A stretch of 64,000 nt of DNA from Candidatus Limnocylindrales bacterium (GTDB lineage Bacteria > Chloroflexota > Limnocylindria > Limnocylindrales > CSP1-4). Positions 9,041-18,705 of this stretch are shown one piece after another. The notes under the pieces are model-generated. The model was not told the origin of the DNA, made no database searches, and worked only from the letters and a program-made list of their open reading frames with translations. Numbering within the stretch: position 1 is the stretch's first letter; every line of letters begins with the position of its first letter. The stretch spans positions 11,226 to 75,225 of the forward strand of contig DATBLH010000022.1 in the NCBI GenBank assembly GCA_036555445.1. The letters run 5' to 3'. Position numbers and translations under genes: made by a program.

Positions 9041-10702
9041 ATGGACGAGGCCTTCCGGAGCGCGATCGCCGCCGGCTACGCCACCGACGAGCCAGTGCTC
9101 GTCCTGGGCAGTCCGATGCTGGCCACCGAGGTCGCCGCCGACATCCGGATCCAGGTGCCTTTGTCGATGCTCAACCGGCACGGCCTGATCGCGGGTGCCA
9201 CCGGGACCGGCAAGACCCGAACGCTCCAGCTGATCGCCGGCCAGCTGTCGCGGGCCGGCGTGCCGTGCATGGTCTCGGACATCAAGGGCGACCTGACCGG
9301 GATGGCGGGCCCGGTCGATGAGACCAACCCCAAGCTCCGGGCCCGCGTGGCCCAGCTCGCCTGGCCGCTCCAGCCCACCGGCCATCCCGTGGAGCTGTTG
9401 TCGCTCTCGGGCGAGCTCGGCGCCCAGGTCCGGGCGACCGTCCACTCGTTCGGTCCGCTGCTGCTGGGCAAGGTCCTGGACCTCAACGAGACCCAGACCT
9501 CGATCCTGTCGCTCGTGTTCAAGTACTGCGACGACAATTCGCTGCCGCTGCTGGACCTGGCCGACCTGCGGACGACGCTCCGATTCCTGTCGTCCGACGA
9601 GGGCAAGCCGATCCTCGACGAATACGGCGGGATGTCGCCGGCATCCCTGGGCGTGATCCTGCGGGCCATCGTGGGCCTCGAGCAGGAGGGCGCCGACGTG
9701 TTCTTCGGCGAGCCCGAGTTCGACGTCGAGGACCTCCTGCGGACGACCCCCGATGGTGGCGGTGTCGTCAGCCTGCTCGAGCTCTCGGACGTCATGGAGC
9801 GCCCGCGGCTGTTCTCCACGTTCATGCTCTGGCTCCTCGCCCAGCTGTACGAGGCCCTGCCCGAGGTGGGCGACCTGCCACAGCCCAAGCTCGCGTTCTT
9901 CTTCGACGAGGCGCACCTGTTGTTCGACGACGCGTCGGAGGCGCTGATGGAGCAGGTGGAGCGGACGGCGCGGCTGATCCGGTCCAAGGGCGTGGGCGTG
10001 TTCTTCGTGACCCAGGCGCCGACCGACGTCCCGTCGTCGGTGCTCGCCCAGCTCGGCAACCGCGTCCAGCACGCCCTGCGAGCGTTTACGCCGGAGGACG
10101 CCGACGCGCTGCGGAAGACGGCACGGACATTCCCCTCGACGACGTTCTACGACGTGGAGGAGACCCTGACCTCGCTCGGGATCGGGGAGGCGCTGGTCAC
10201 GGTCCTCACGCCACGCGGCGTTCCCAGCCCCCTGGCGGCAACCCTGCTCGGGCCGCCCGACTCACTGATGGCCGCCCTCCCGGCGGACCAGGTCGCGGCG
10301 CGGATCGCCGGCGGAGCACTCGCCGCGAAGTACGGGGCCACGGTGGACCGCGAGAGCGCCCACGAGATGATCACCCGGCGCCTTGCTGCCGCGAGGGCGG
10401 CCGTCGGAGCCACCGCGATCCGCGAGCAGGTGTCACCCACCACGAGCGGCGGCCTGAACACGATGACCCCGGCCCAGCAGCGGCGCGAGGTTCAGCGGCA
10501 GGCGCGCGAGATGGCGGCCGCCCAGCGGGCCGCCGAGCGGGAGCGGAAGGCTCGCGAGCGCGCGGACCGTGCTGCGGCCCGCCAGCGGGAACGGACGATC
10601 GAGACGGGCATCCGGACCGCCGGTCGGGTCGCGACCTCGCGCGCCGGGCAGAGCCTGCTGCGCGGGATCTTCGACACGCTGTTGGGGGGCCGCCCTCGCT
10701 AG
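9041..10702 (+). CDS. DUF853/YjgR-type HerA-like P-loop ATPase
   Basis: Walker A is GATGTGKTRTLQ. FFFDEAHLLF (Walker B region) and FFVTQAPTDVP are also present. The C-terminal tail is Arg/Ala-rich. ATG 9041 was chosen because the longer ORF from 8813 overlaps the divergent gene. Confidence 0.8.
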   Translation: MDEAFRSAIAAGYATDEPVLVLGSPMLATEVAADIRIQVPLSMLNRHGLIAGATGTGKTRTLQLIAGQLSRAGVPCMVSDIKGDLTGMAGPVDETNPKLRARVAQLAWPLQPTGHPVELLSLSGELGAQVRATVHSFGPLLLGKVLDLNETQTSILSLVFKYCDDNSLPLLDLADLRTTLRFLSSDEGKPILDEYGGMSPASLGVILRAIVGLEQEGADVFFGEPEFDVEDLLRTTPDGGGVVSLLELSDVMERPRLFSTFMLWLLAQLYEALPEVGDLPQPKLAFFFDEAHLLFDDASEALMEQVERTARLIRSKGVGVFFVTQAPTDVPSSVLAQLGNRVQHALRAFTPEDADALRKTARTFPSTTFYDVEETLTSLGIGEALVTVLTPRGVPSPLAATLLGPPDSLMAALPADQVAARIAGGALAAKYGATVDRESAHEMITRRLAAARAAVGATAIREQVSPTTSGGLNTMTPAQQRREVQRQAREMAAAQRAAERERKARERADRAAARQRERTIETGIRTAGRVATSRAGQSLLRGIFDTLLGGRPR

Positions 10703-10736
10703 CCGTCCCAGGCGGCGTGTCCGCGCACCGCCTGCC

Positions 10737-10764
10737 GGGACATCCTCGTCCGGAGTCGTACAAT
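10737..10764 (+). promoter_or_regulatory. possible sigma-70-type promoter (GGGACA-16 nt-TACAAT) upstream of parA-like gene
   Basis: TACAAT at 10759-10764 lies in an otherwise GC-rich spacer, with GGGACA 16 nt upstream. This is sequence pattern only. Confidence 0.25.
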
Positions 10765-10841
10765 CCTCACCCCACCAGCACCCCACGCCGCCGGACGGGC
10801 GACATTCGGGCTGGGCGGTCCCATGGAGCGCCGGGACGCAC

Positions 10842-11666
10842 ATGCGGACGATCGCGGTCATCAATCGCAAGGGCGGTTGCGGCAAGTCGACCACGGCGGT
10901 GAACGTCGCTGCGGCGCTGGGTGAGGTCGGCCGGCGCGCGCTGGTGATCGATCTCGACCCGCAGGGAACGGCCTCCAGCTGGCTGGGTCCGGGACCCACC
11001 GAGGATCGCGACATGTTCGACGCCTTCGTCGGGACCCGCGAGCTGATCGACCTCGCCATCACCAGCCGCGCCGCACGCGTGGACCTGGTCCCGGCATCGT
11101 CGTGGTTGGTGACCGCCGAACAGACGCTCCAGGTGGACCTCGCGCTGGGGGCGATCCGGGCGCTGGAGCGACTTCCGGACGAGTGGGACGTCGTGCTCGT
11201 CGACTGCCCACCCACCCTCGGTTACCTCGGCAGCGCCGCCCTGTGCGGATGCCACGAAGCCCTGCTGCCCACGGAGCCCCATGCCCTCGGCCTTGCCGGG
11301 ATCGCGGACGTGCTGGCCGAGATGGACCGGATCCGCGGCAGGCTCAATCCGGGCCTCGTCCTGACCGGGATCGTCGTCGATCGAGCCAGCCACACGCGAC
11401 ACGCCCGAGAGGTCATCAACGACCTGCGGACCGAGCACGGCGACGACGTCCTGCTGCCGACGATCCGGGTCAGCATCCGGGTGGCGGAAGCCGCGGCCGC
11501 CGGCCTCCCGGTCACGGCGTACGTGCCGGACGCCGCCGTGAGCCACGACGTCCGTGCCGTCGCCGCCGACGTCCTGCGTCGCGATCCGGACAACGGCCAC
11601 AAGCAGGAGTCGTCGAACGGCGGCTGGCGCGGGATCATGGGCCGGCTCGTGGGCGCCGGCGCCTGA
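10842..11666 (+). CDS. ParA/MinD-family ATPase (no adjacent ParB)
   Basis: MRTIAVINRKGGCGKSTTAVNVAAALGEVGRRALVIDLDPQG carries the deviant Walker A motif. Confidence 0.85.
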   Translation: MRTIAVINRKGGCGKSTTAVNVAAALGEVGRRALVIDLDPQGTASSWLGPGPTEDRDMFDAFVGTRELIDLAITSRAARVDLVPASSWLVTAEQTLQVDLALGAIRALERLPDEWDVVLVDCPPTLGYLGSAALCGCHEALLPTEPHALGLAGIADVLAEMDRIRGRLNPGLVLTGIVVDRASHTRHAREVINDLRTEHGDDVLLPTIRVSIRVAEAAAAGLPVTAYVPDAAVSHDVRAVAADVLRRDPDNGHKQESSNGGWRGIMGRLVGAGA

Positions 11667-11693
11667 GCCGGGCCCCTCGGGACGCCCTCGGGC

Positions 11694-12512
11694 CTAGTCG
11701 ATCACCAGGTCGGGCGGGATCGGCTCCGCTGGCTCCGGATAGCGTGGATCCAGGTTCGTGAGCGTGTCGGCGAGGATCTGGGCCACGGCCAGGTTGCGGA
11801 ACCACTTCCTGTTCGCGGGGACGATGAACCACGGCGCGACCGGCGTCGAGCAACGCGTGAGCACCTCCTCGTACGCGGCGATGTAGTCGTCCCAGCGGCG
11901 GCGCGTCTCGAGGTCACCCATCCGGAACTTCCATCGCTTCTCGGGGTCGGCGACACGTGCCTGGAAACGCTCGCGTTGCTCGTCCCGATCGATGTACAGG
12001 AAGAACTTGAGGATCGTCGTGCCCTCTGCGGCCAGGAGCTGCTCGAAGGCGTTGATCTGCTCGTACCGCGGCCGCCAACGTCGCTCCGGGACCAGCCCGA
12101 GCACCCGCACCACGAGCACGTCCTCATAGTGGGAGCGGTCGAAGATCGCGATCTCGCCGTTGGCCGGGACGCGCGCGTGGACACGCCACAGGTAGTCGTG
12201 GGCGAGCTCCTCCTCGGTCGGGACCTTGAATCCGTGGACCGGGCAGCCGAGCGGGTTGAAGGCACCCATGACGTGCTCGATCGTGCCGCCCTTGCCGGCC
12301 GCATCGATGCCCTGGAGGACGACCAGGACCCGCCGCCGATTCTCGGCCCACAGCCGCTCCTGGAGGATCCGGAGTCGGGCCAGATCCCGCTCCAGCTCCT
12401 GGGCGGCCGTCTCCTTGCGCCGGCCGTACGTCGCGGCCGGATCGACCGCCCCGAGATCGACCGTGGTCCCAGGCACCACGCGGAGCGCCGCCGACAGGTC
12501 GCCCGGATTCAT
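11694..12512 (-). CDS. ppk2: polyphosphate kinase 2 family protein
   Basis: VLVVLQGIDAAGKGGTIEHVMGAFNPLG...FDRSHYEDVLVVRV. ATG 12512 is preceded by GGAGG. The upstream 178 codons of the 450-aa ORF are antisense to the dehydrogenase gene. Confidence 0.85.
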   Translation of the reverse strand: MNPGDLSAALRVVPGTTVDLGAVDPAATYGRRKETAAQELERDLARLRILQERLWAENRRRVLVVLQGIDAAGKGGTIEHVMGAFNPLGCPVHGFKVPTEEELAHDYLWRVHARVPANGEIAIFDRSHYEDVLVVRVLGLVPERRWRPRYEQINAFEQLLAAEGTTILKFFLYIDRDEQRERFQARVADPEKRWKFRMGDLETRRRWDDYIAAYEEVLTRCSTPVAPWFIVPANRKWFRNLAVAQILADTLTNLDPRYPEPAEPIPPDLVID

Positions 12513-12572
12513 GACACCTCCTCGTCCGGACCAGAGGGTAGCCTGTCGCTTGCCCCGCAACGGAGTCTTGCC

Positions 12573-13646
12573 TTGGACCTCGAGACCCTGATCCGCGACT
12601 GGCCGGGCGAGGCCGTGGTCAGCCACCACGACCGCGCAAGCGGCGCCTGGATGTTCATCGCGATGCACTCCACCGTGCTCGGACCGGCCGGCGGCGGCAC
12701 CCGGATGAAGGTCTACCCGTCGCTCCCGGATGCGCTCACCGACGCGATGCGCCTGGCCGAGGCGATGACGAGGAAGATGGCCATCCTCGATGCTCCCCGC
12801 GGAGGCGGCAAGGCGGTCCTGGCGGTGTCGGAGATCCCGCACGGCGAGGCGCGACGCCGGATGCTCCTCGCCTATGGCGATCTCCTGGCATCGCTCCGCG
12901 GCGCCTTCCACACCGGTCCGGACGTCAATACCGACGACCGTGACATGGACGTTGTCGCCGAGCGTAGCGAGTTCGCGTCCGGACGGACGGAGGCGAACGG
13001 CGGCGCCGGCTCGTCTGCGCCGGACACCGCGGTGGGCGTGCATCACGGGATCCGGGCATCACTCGCGCACGTCACCGGCTCGGCCGACGTTCGCGGACGC
13101 ACGATCGCCATCCAGGGGGTCGGTGGAGTGGGGAGCGTGCTCGCACGGCGACTCGCCGACGAGGGGGCAAGGGTCGTCGTCGCCGATACCGATCACCGGC
13201 GGGCGGTCGAGCTCGCGCGAGAAACCGGCGGCCGCGTGGTGTCCCCGGACGAGATCCTCGAGCAGCCATGCGACGTCCTCGCGCCGTGCGCGCTCGGCGG
13301 TGTCCTGGACGCGGAGAGCATCCCGCGGCTGCATTGCCGGATCGTGGCCGGAGCCGCCAACAACCAGCTGGCCACCCCGGCCGACGCGAACCGCCTCCAC
13401 GAGGCGGGGATCCTCTATGCGCCCGATTTCGTGATCAACGGCGGCGGCGTCCTCCACGTCCTGGGGCTCGAGGTTCTCGGCTGGACGCGGGCGCACCTGG
13501 AGGACCGGCTGCTCGGCATCGGGGGCACCCTCGCCGACGTCTACCGGCTCGCCGATGCCGACGGAGTCACGACCGAGGAGGCAGCCGAGCGCCTCGCCGA
13601 CGAGCGGATTGCCCGCGGGCCGTCGCAGCCCGCGCATGCCGGCTGA
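12573..13646 (+). CDS. Leu/Val/Phe (Glu/Leu/Phe/Val family) amino-acid dehydrogenase
   Basis: GGTRMKVY...PRGGGKAVL contains the catalytic Lys. IQGVGGVGSVLARRLADEGARVVVAD is a Rossmann fold. TTG start at 12573, with GGAG 7 nt upstream. Confidence 0.8.
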   Translation: MDLETLIRDWPGEAVVSHHDRASGAWMFIAMHSTVLGPAGGGTRMKVYPSLPDALTDAMRLAEAMTRKMAILDAPRGGGKAVLAVSEIPHGEARRRMLLAYGDLLASLRGAFHTGPDVNTDDRDMDVVAERSEFASGRTEANGGAGSSAPDTAVGVHHGIRASLAHVTGSADVRGRTIAIQGVGGVGSVLARRLADEGARVVVADTDHRRAVELARETGGRVVSPDEILEQPCDVLAPCALGGVLDAESIPRLHCRIVAGAANNQLATPADANRLHEAGILYAPDFVINGGGVLHVLGLEVLGWTRAHLEDRLLGIGGTLADVYRLADADGVTTEEAAERLADERIARGPSQPAHAG

Positions 13647-13707
13647 GGATCGCCGCGTCGGGGACTAGAATCGGCGGACTCATCGCCGATCTCCACAGGA
13701 GGCCTCG

Positions 13708-15153
13708 ATGGCCACCGTCGCGGGCGTGAAGCCCCACCCGATCTTCCTCGCCGGCCGCTGGGTCGAGTCGCCGGACGAGCTCCGGATCGACAATCCCGCC
13801 GATGCCGACAACCCGGCCGGCGCGACCTACAACGCCACAGCCGAGCAGTACGACCAGGCCGCCGAGGCGGCCGTTGCCGCGTTCGAGACCACGCGCGAGC
13901 TGCCGGCCTACGAGCGGGGCCGGATCCTGCGCGACATCAGTGCCGGGATCAAGGCACGGCGCGAGGAGCTCGGGCGGCTGATCGCGCTCGAAGCTGGCAA
14001 ACCGATCCGCGACGCGCTGATCGAGGTCGATCGCGCCACCCTGACGTTCCGACTGGGCGCCGAGGAAGCCGAGCGGATGACCGGCGAGACGATCCCGCTC
14101 GACCTGTTGCCATCGTCCAAGGGCCGGACAGGAATCACCCGCCGTTTCCCGATCGGTCCCGTCGCCGGGATCAGCCCGTTCAACTTCCCGCTCAACCTCG
14201 CCGCCCACAAGCTGGCTCCGGCGATCGCGTCCGGGAACCCGATCGTCCTCAAGCCGCCGTCGAAGGATCCGCTCACGATGCTCGCGGTGGCCGAGATCAT
14301 CGAGCAGGTGGGCCTCCCCGAGGGCGCGGTGAGCATCCTGCCGATGACCCGCGAGCTGGGCGACCGGATGGTGGCCGATCCCCGGTTCAAGCTGCTGACG
14401 TTCACGGGCTCCCCGTCGGTGGGGTGGCGGATGAAGGAGCGGGCGGGCAAGAAGAAGGTGGTCCTGGAGCTCGGCGGCAACGCCGGCGTGATCGTCGACC
14501 GCTCGGCCGATCTGGACTGGGCGATCCGGCGCGTCGTGGTCGGCGGCTTCACGTACGCCGGTCAGGTGTGCATCAGCGTTCAGCGGATGTACGTCCACGA
14601 CGCGATCTGGGACACGTTCATGGAGCATTTCGTGGAGGCCGCCCGGGCGGTCAAGGTGGGTGACCCGCTGGACCCCCAGACCGAGATGGGCCCGATGGTC
14701 GACGGCGCCGCCGCCGAACGAACGCAGCGCTGGGTCGACGAAGCGGTGGCGATGGGCGGCAAGGTGCTGCTCGGCGGGACCGCGAGCGGCACGTTCTTCC
14801 CACCCACGATCCTCACCGACGTGCCGGTCTCGGCCCAGGTGTGCTCGAGCGAGGCGTTCGCCCCGCTCGTCGTCGCATTCAGGTTCTCCGACTTCGGTGA
14901 CGCCGTGAGGGCGGTCAACGACTCGTCGTTCGGGCTCCAGACCGGCGTGTTCACAAACGATCTTGCCAACGCGTGGAGTGCGTTCTCGGGTCTCGAGGTG
15001 GGTGGGGTGATCGTCAACGACGTGCCCACGTATCGGATCGACCACATGCCCTACGGCGGGGTCAAGGACTCCGGCCTCGGCCGCGAGGGCCTTCGCTGGT
15101 CGATCGAGGACATGACCGAGCTCCGAATCATGGTCCTCGCCTGGCCCAGCTGA
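13708..15153 (+). CDS. NAD(P)-dependent aldehyde dehydrogenase
   Basis: ISPFNFPLNLAAHKLAPAIASGNPIVLKPP, ELGGNA (catalytic Glu) and GQVCISVQR (catalytic Cys). AGGAGG lies upstream of the ATG. Confidence 0.88.
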   Translation: MATVAGVKPHPIFLAGRWVESPDELRIDNPADADNPAGATYNATAEQYDQAAEAAVAAFETTRELPAYERGRILRDISAGIKARREELGRLIALEAGKPIRDALIEVDRATLTFRLGAEEAERMTGETIPLDLLPSSKGRTGITRRFPIGPVAGISPFNFPLNLAAHKLAPAIASGNPIVLKPPSKDPLTMLAVAEIIEQVGLPEGAVSILPMTRELGDRMVADPRFKLLTFTGSPSVGWRMKERAGKKKVVLELGGNAGVIVDRSADLDWAIRRVVVGGFTYAGQVCISVQRMYVHDAIWDTFMEHFVEAARAVKVGDPLDPQTEMGPMVDGAAAERTQRWVDEAVAMGGKVLLGGTASGTFFPPTILTDVPVSAQVCSSEAFAPLVVAFRFSDFGDAVRAVNDSSFGLQTGVFTNDLANAWSAFSGLEVGGVIVNDVPTYRIDHMPYGGVKDSGLGREGLRWSIEDMTELRIMVLAWPS

Positions 15154-15246
15154 CCGCGCGCTGAGCGGGCACCGGCCAGGGGCGCCGTCCCGCGACCCGG
15201 GACGTGCTGCGCCGCGCGTCGAGGCGCCCTGCCAGACTCCGGCGCC

Positions 15247-16425
15247 ATGGACCTGTCGCTGACACCTGCCCAGCAGGAGCTGCGGGACCGAGCGGATGCC
15301 TTCGCCCGGGAGGTGCTGAGGCCGCTCGAGCTCGACTTCGAGCGGTCCGGGGGACGCCTGGATCCCGACGCCGAGCGCGACCTCAAGGCACACGCGATCC
15401 GGGCCGACCTCCATGGCGGGAACCTGCCGCGGGATGTCGGCGGCCAGGGCTGGTCGGCGCTGGAACAGGTCCTCGTCCACGAATGCCTGGGCGCCGTCAC
15501 CGGTGGCCTGTGGGGCTTCATCCCGGGCGCCTACAACGTCCTCGGCGTCGGCGATGCCGACCAGCGTCGGCGGTACCTGGAGCCATCGTTGCGCGGCGAG
15601 CGCAACGGCAGCTACGCGATCACGGAGCCCGGTGCCGGATCCGATGCCCGGGCGCTGGAAGCGACAGCGGTCCGGGACCCGGCGACCGGCGAATACGTCC
15701 TCAACGGCGAGAAATGGTTCGTGACCGGGGCCCCCGACACCGACTTCATGATCTTCCACTGCCACGTGATCGGGCCCGACGGTGCCCGCGAACCGACGCT
15801 GTTCCTCGTCGACTACGACACGCCCGGTGTCCGGCTGACCCACGACCCGGACTACATGCACACGTTCGCGGATCGCCATCCGCAGTTCGTGCTCCAGGAC
15901 GTCCGGGTTCCGGAATCGGCGGTCCTCGGTGGCCTGGGTCGTGCCGACGACCTGACGAACGACTGGTTCGTGGAGGAGCGGCTCCACATCGGGGCCCGGT
16001 GCACCGGTGCCATGGAGCGCCTGATCGAGGAATCGGTTGCCTACGCGGTCGAGCGACGCCAGTTCGGAGAGCGGATCTACGACTTCCAGGGCGTGAGCTT
16101 TCCGCTTGCCGACTCGGCGGCCGATGCCGCGGCCTCCCGACTCCTCACCCGGGAGGCCGCCTGGCTGGCCGAGAACGGGTCGGATCCGAAGGTCGTCCAC
16201 GCGAAGGCGTCGATCGCCAAGCTGTTCGCCTCCGAGGCCGCGTTCCGCTGCGCCGATCGGGCGGTCCAGGTGTTCGGTGGCCGCGGCTACATGCGCGAGA
16301 CCGCCGCCGAGCGCTTCTTCCGCGAGCTCCGGGTCGACCGGATCTGGGAGGGCACGTCGGAGATCCAGCGGCTGATCATCGCCCGCGCGCTCGAGAAGCG
16401 CGGCGTGTCCCGCGTGGTCGGCTGA
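15247..16425 (+). CDS. acyl-CoA dehydrogenase
   Basis: YAITEPGAGSDA and the C-terminal GGRGYMRETAAERFFRELRVDRIWEGTSEIQRLIIARAL. Confidence 0.9.
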   Translation: MDLSLTPAQQELRDRADAFAREVLRPLELDFERSGGRLDPDAERDLKAHAIRADLHGGNLPRDVGGQGWSALEQVLVHECLGAVTGGLWGFIPGAYNVLGVGDADQRRRYLEPSLRGERNGSYAITEPGAGSDARALEATAVRDPATGEYVLNGEKWFVTGAPDTDFMIFHCHVIGPDGAREPTLFLVDYDTPGVRLTHDPDYMHTFADRHPQFVLQDVRVPESAVLGGLGRADDLTNDWFVEERLHIGARCTGAMERLIEESVAYAVERRQFGERIYDFQGVSFPLADSAADAAASRLLTREAAWLAENGSDPKVVHAKASIAKLFASEAAFRCADRAVQVFGGRGYMRETAAERFFRELRVDRIWEGTSEIQRLIIARALEKRGVSRVVG

Positions 16426-18653
16426 TGGGGTTGCCGGCTCGGACCGACGATCCGGATGGCGTCGCCTCCGAGGGTGGTGACGCGATCGCCCGTGCCGTGA
16501 TCGACCTCCGGCCCCTCTACGCCCCACGCTCCATCGCCGTCGTGGGAGCGTCGCCCCGGAACAACCTGGCCCAGACCGTGCGCGACAACCTGGTCCGGAT
16601 GGGCTCGGCGACCCGCTGCTGGTTCGTCAATCCGCGATACCCGGAGGCGTGGGGATCGCCGTGCTACCCGAGTCTCGATGGCCTTCCGGAGCGCCCGGAG
16701 CTCGTGCTCGCGGCGGTGGGCCCGGCGAACGTCACCGCCGTGATCGTCGATGCCGCGGCGGCGGGCGTGCCGGCCGCGGTGGTCGTGGGCGGAGGCGTCG
16801 TCGAGGGGGGACCCGCCGCCGCGGCGATGCAGCGCGAGGTGGCGCGGATCGCAACCGACCACGGGATCGCCCTGCTCGGTCCGAACTGCATGGGGGTCCT
16901 CGACCTGGTTGCCAATACGGCGGCGTACATCGGGGACGTCAGTCCGTGGTTGCGCCGTGGCGGTGTGGCCGCCATCGCCCAATCCGGATCGGTGGCCGAC
17001 GCCTTCATCCACTCGGGCGACCGAATCGGGTTCAGCCGGATCGTCAGCTCCGGGTCGGACGCGGTGCTCGATGTCTGCGACCACCTGGCCTACAGCGTGG
17101 ACGATCCCCAGACCCACGCCGTCATCCTGTTCATCGAGGGCTTCCATCGCCCGGAGCGCTTCCTGGCGCTCGCGGACCGGGCGCTCGAGCTCGGCAAGCC
17201 GATCCTCGCGGTCAAGGTCGGCCGCTCGGAGCACGCGCAGACGGCGGCCCTCGCCCACTCCGGTTCCCTGGCCGGCGAGGACCGCATCACCGACGCGGCC
17301 CTCGAGGCGAGCGGCGTCATCCGCTTCGCCGATCTCGATCACCTCCTGGAGGCGGCCGAGTTGATCGACGGCTGCCAGCGGCTCGGGCGCGGCGTCGGTC
17401 GCGGCCGCACCGGGGTGGTCACGGTGTCGACCGGTGAAGCCGCCCTGGTCGCCGACCTCGCCGGCGGGCTCGGGCTCGACCTGCCCGAGGTCCCCGAACC
17501 GGCGCGCCGCCGGATCGAGGCCGACCTGCCAACGATGGGCTTCATCGCCAACCCGCTCGATCCGTGGGGAGCCGCCGAGGCACCGATCGCGTACCGAGCC
17601 GCCCTTCGCGCGCTCGCGGCCTCCCACGCCTACGACGTCCTGGCGGTCGTCCACGACTTCCCGTACCGGTCCCTGACCAACGAGGTCGAGGTGGCGCTCG
17701 ACGTCGTCGACTCGCTGCTCGAGGCGACCGCCGATCGTGACGACCTGCTCCCGGTCTATGTCTCGCTCACGTCCGGGGAACCGACGCCCGAGGTGAAGAC
17801 CCGGCTGGACGATGCCGGCGGCGTCCCGCTGCTCCGCGGCGCGACCGAGGCATTCGGAGCGATCGCGGCGCTCGGCCGGTGGGAGGTGCGGCGCGAGGCG
17901 CGTCTCCGGGACGGACCCTGGCGCCCGGGCTGGCCGCTCCTCGCCGACGATCGGACGCCGGCGGCCTACGACCGTGCGGCTGCGCCGGCCATCCGGGGCA
18001 CGGCGCCAAGAGCCCTGGCCGAGCGCGAGAGCCTGCACCTGGCGGCCGAGGCCGGGATCCCCACGATTCAGGCGCGGGCCGCGCGGGATGGCTCGGAGGC
18101 CGCCCAGGTTGCGGTGGACCTGGGCTTTCCGGTCGTCGTCAAGCTCGACGTCACGGGCCTCGCCCACAAGACCGAGGTCGGCGGGGTAGCCCTCGGCCTC
18201 GCCGATCAGGCCGCCGTCCGGGACGCGACCGCGCAGCTCCTCGAGTCGGCTCGGCGTGCCGGCCTCGATTCGAGGGGCGTCCTCGTGGAGCCGATGGCAC
18301 CGGCCGGGGTCGAGCTCATCCTCGGGTTGCGACGGGACCCGCTGTTCGGGCCGGCCGTCATCGTGGGTCTGGGTGGGACGCTGGCCGAGACCCTGGACGA
18401 CGTCGCCGCCGCCCTGGCGCCCATCACGCCGGCCCATGCGGCCGCGCTGCTGGACCGACTTCGTGGGAGCCGGATCCTCGCGGGCGTCCGAGGGAGTGCG
18501 GCCATCGATCGCGGGGCGGTGATCGAGGCGATCGTGGCGCTCGGCCGGCTGGGTTGCGAGGACGAGCGGCTGCTGGAGGTGGACCTCAACCCCGTGATCG
18601 CGTGGGCAAACGGGGTCGTGGCGGTGGACGCGCTCGTCGTCCTCGACGCCTGA
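16425..18653 (+). CDS. ADP-forming acyl-CoA synthetase (acetate--CoA ligase family: CoA-binding, CoA-ligase and ATP-grasp domains)
   Basis: RSIAVVGASPRNNLAQTV (CoA-binding), GPNCMGV, AIAQSGS, and a C-terminal ATP-grasp region (FPVVVKLDVTGLAHKTEVGGVALGL). The ATG overlaps the TGA of the preceding gene (TGATG). Confidence 0.85.
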   Translation: MGLPARTDDPDGVASEGGDAIARAVIDLRPLYAPRSIAVVGASPRNNLAQTVRDNLVRMGSATRCWFVNPRYPEAWGSPCYPSLDGLPERPELVLAAVGPANVTAVIVDAAAAGVPAAVVVGGGVVEGGPAAAAMQREVARIATDHGIALLGPNCMGVLDLVANTAAYIGDVSPWLRRGGVAAIAQSGSVADAFIHSGDRIGFSRIVSSGSDAVLDVCDHLAYSVDDPQTHAVILFIEGFHRPERFLALADRALELGKPILAVKVGRSEHAQTAALAHSGSLAGEDRITDAALEASGVIRFADLDHLLEAAELIDGCQRLGRGVGRGRTGVVTVSTGEAALVADLAGGLGLDLPEVPEPARRRIEADLPTMGFIANPLDPWGAAEAPIAYRAALRALAASHAYDVLAVVHDFPYRSLTNEVEVALDVVDSLLEATADRDDLLPVYVSLTSGEPTPEVKTRLDDAGGVPLLRGATEAFGAIAALGRWEVRREARLRDGPWRPGWPLLADDRTPAAYDRAAAPAIRGTAPRALAERESLHLAAEAGIPTIQARAARDGSEAAQVAVDLGFPVVVKLDVTGLAHKTEVGGVALGLADQAAVRDATAQLLESARRAGLDSRGVLVEPMAPAGVELILGLRRDPLFGPAVIVGLGGTLAETLDDVAAALAPITPAHAAALLDRLRGSRILAGVRGSAAIDRGAVIEAIVALGRLGCEDERLLEVDLNPVIAWANGVVAVDALVVLDA

Positions 18654-18705
18654 CGGCCGGTTCCCGCCGCGGGGCGCGCCGAACCTCCGGACGTACACTC
18701 CATCG

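Noticed and set aside
11694-13046. A 450-aa version of the PPK2 gene, and a 556-aa version (11976-13646) of the amino-acid dehydrogenase.
   Set aside because: The two extended ORFs overlap each other on opposite strands. Family similarity begins at ATG 12512 for PPK2 (with an SD) and at TTG 12573 for the dehydrogenase (with an SD), leaving a normal 60-bp divergent spacer.
13670-13690. A perfect 7-bp hairpin (ATCGGCG-GACTCAT-CGCCGAT) with a TAGAAT box just upstream, between the amino-acid dehydrogenase and the aldehyde dehydrogenase.
   Set aside because: It could be either a weak terminator or part of a promoter or 5'-UTR. There is no U-tract and no second line of evidence, so it is too ambiguous to call.
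15204-18653. A 1149-aa plus-strand ORF that looks like one giant protein.
   Set aside because: Only the part from ATG 16425 has CoA-binding and ATP-grasp signatures. The upstream 407 codons are an out-of-frame read-through of the acyl-CoA dehydrogenase gene (15247-16425), which has its own clear motifs.
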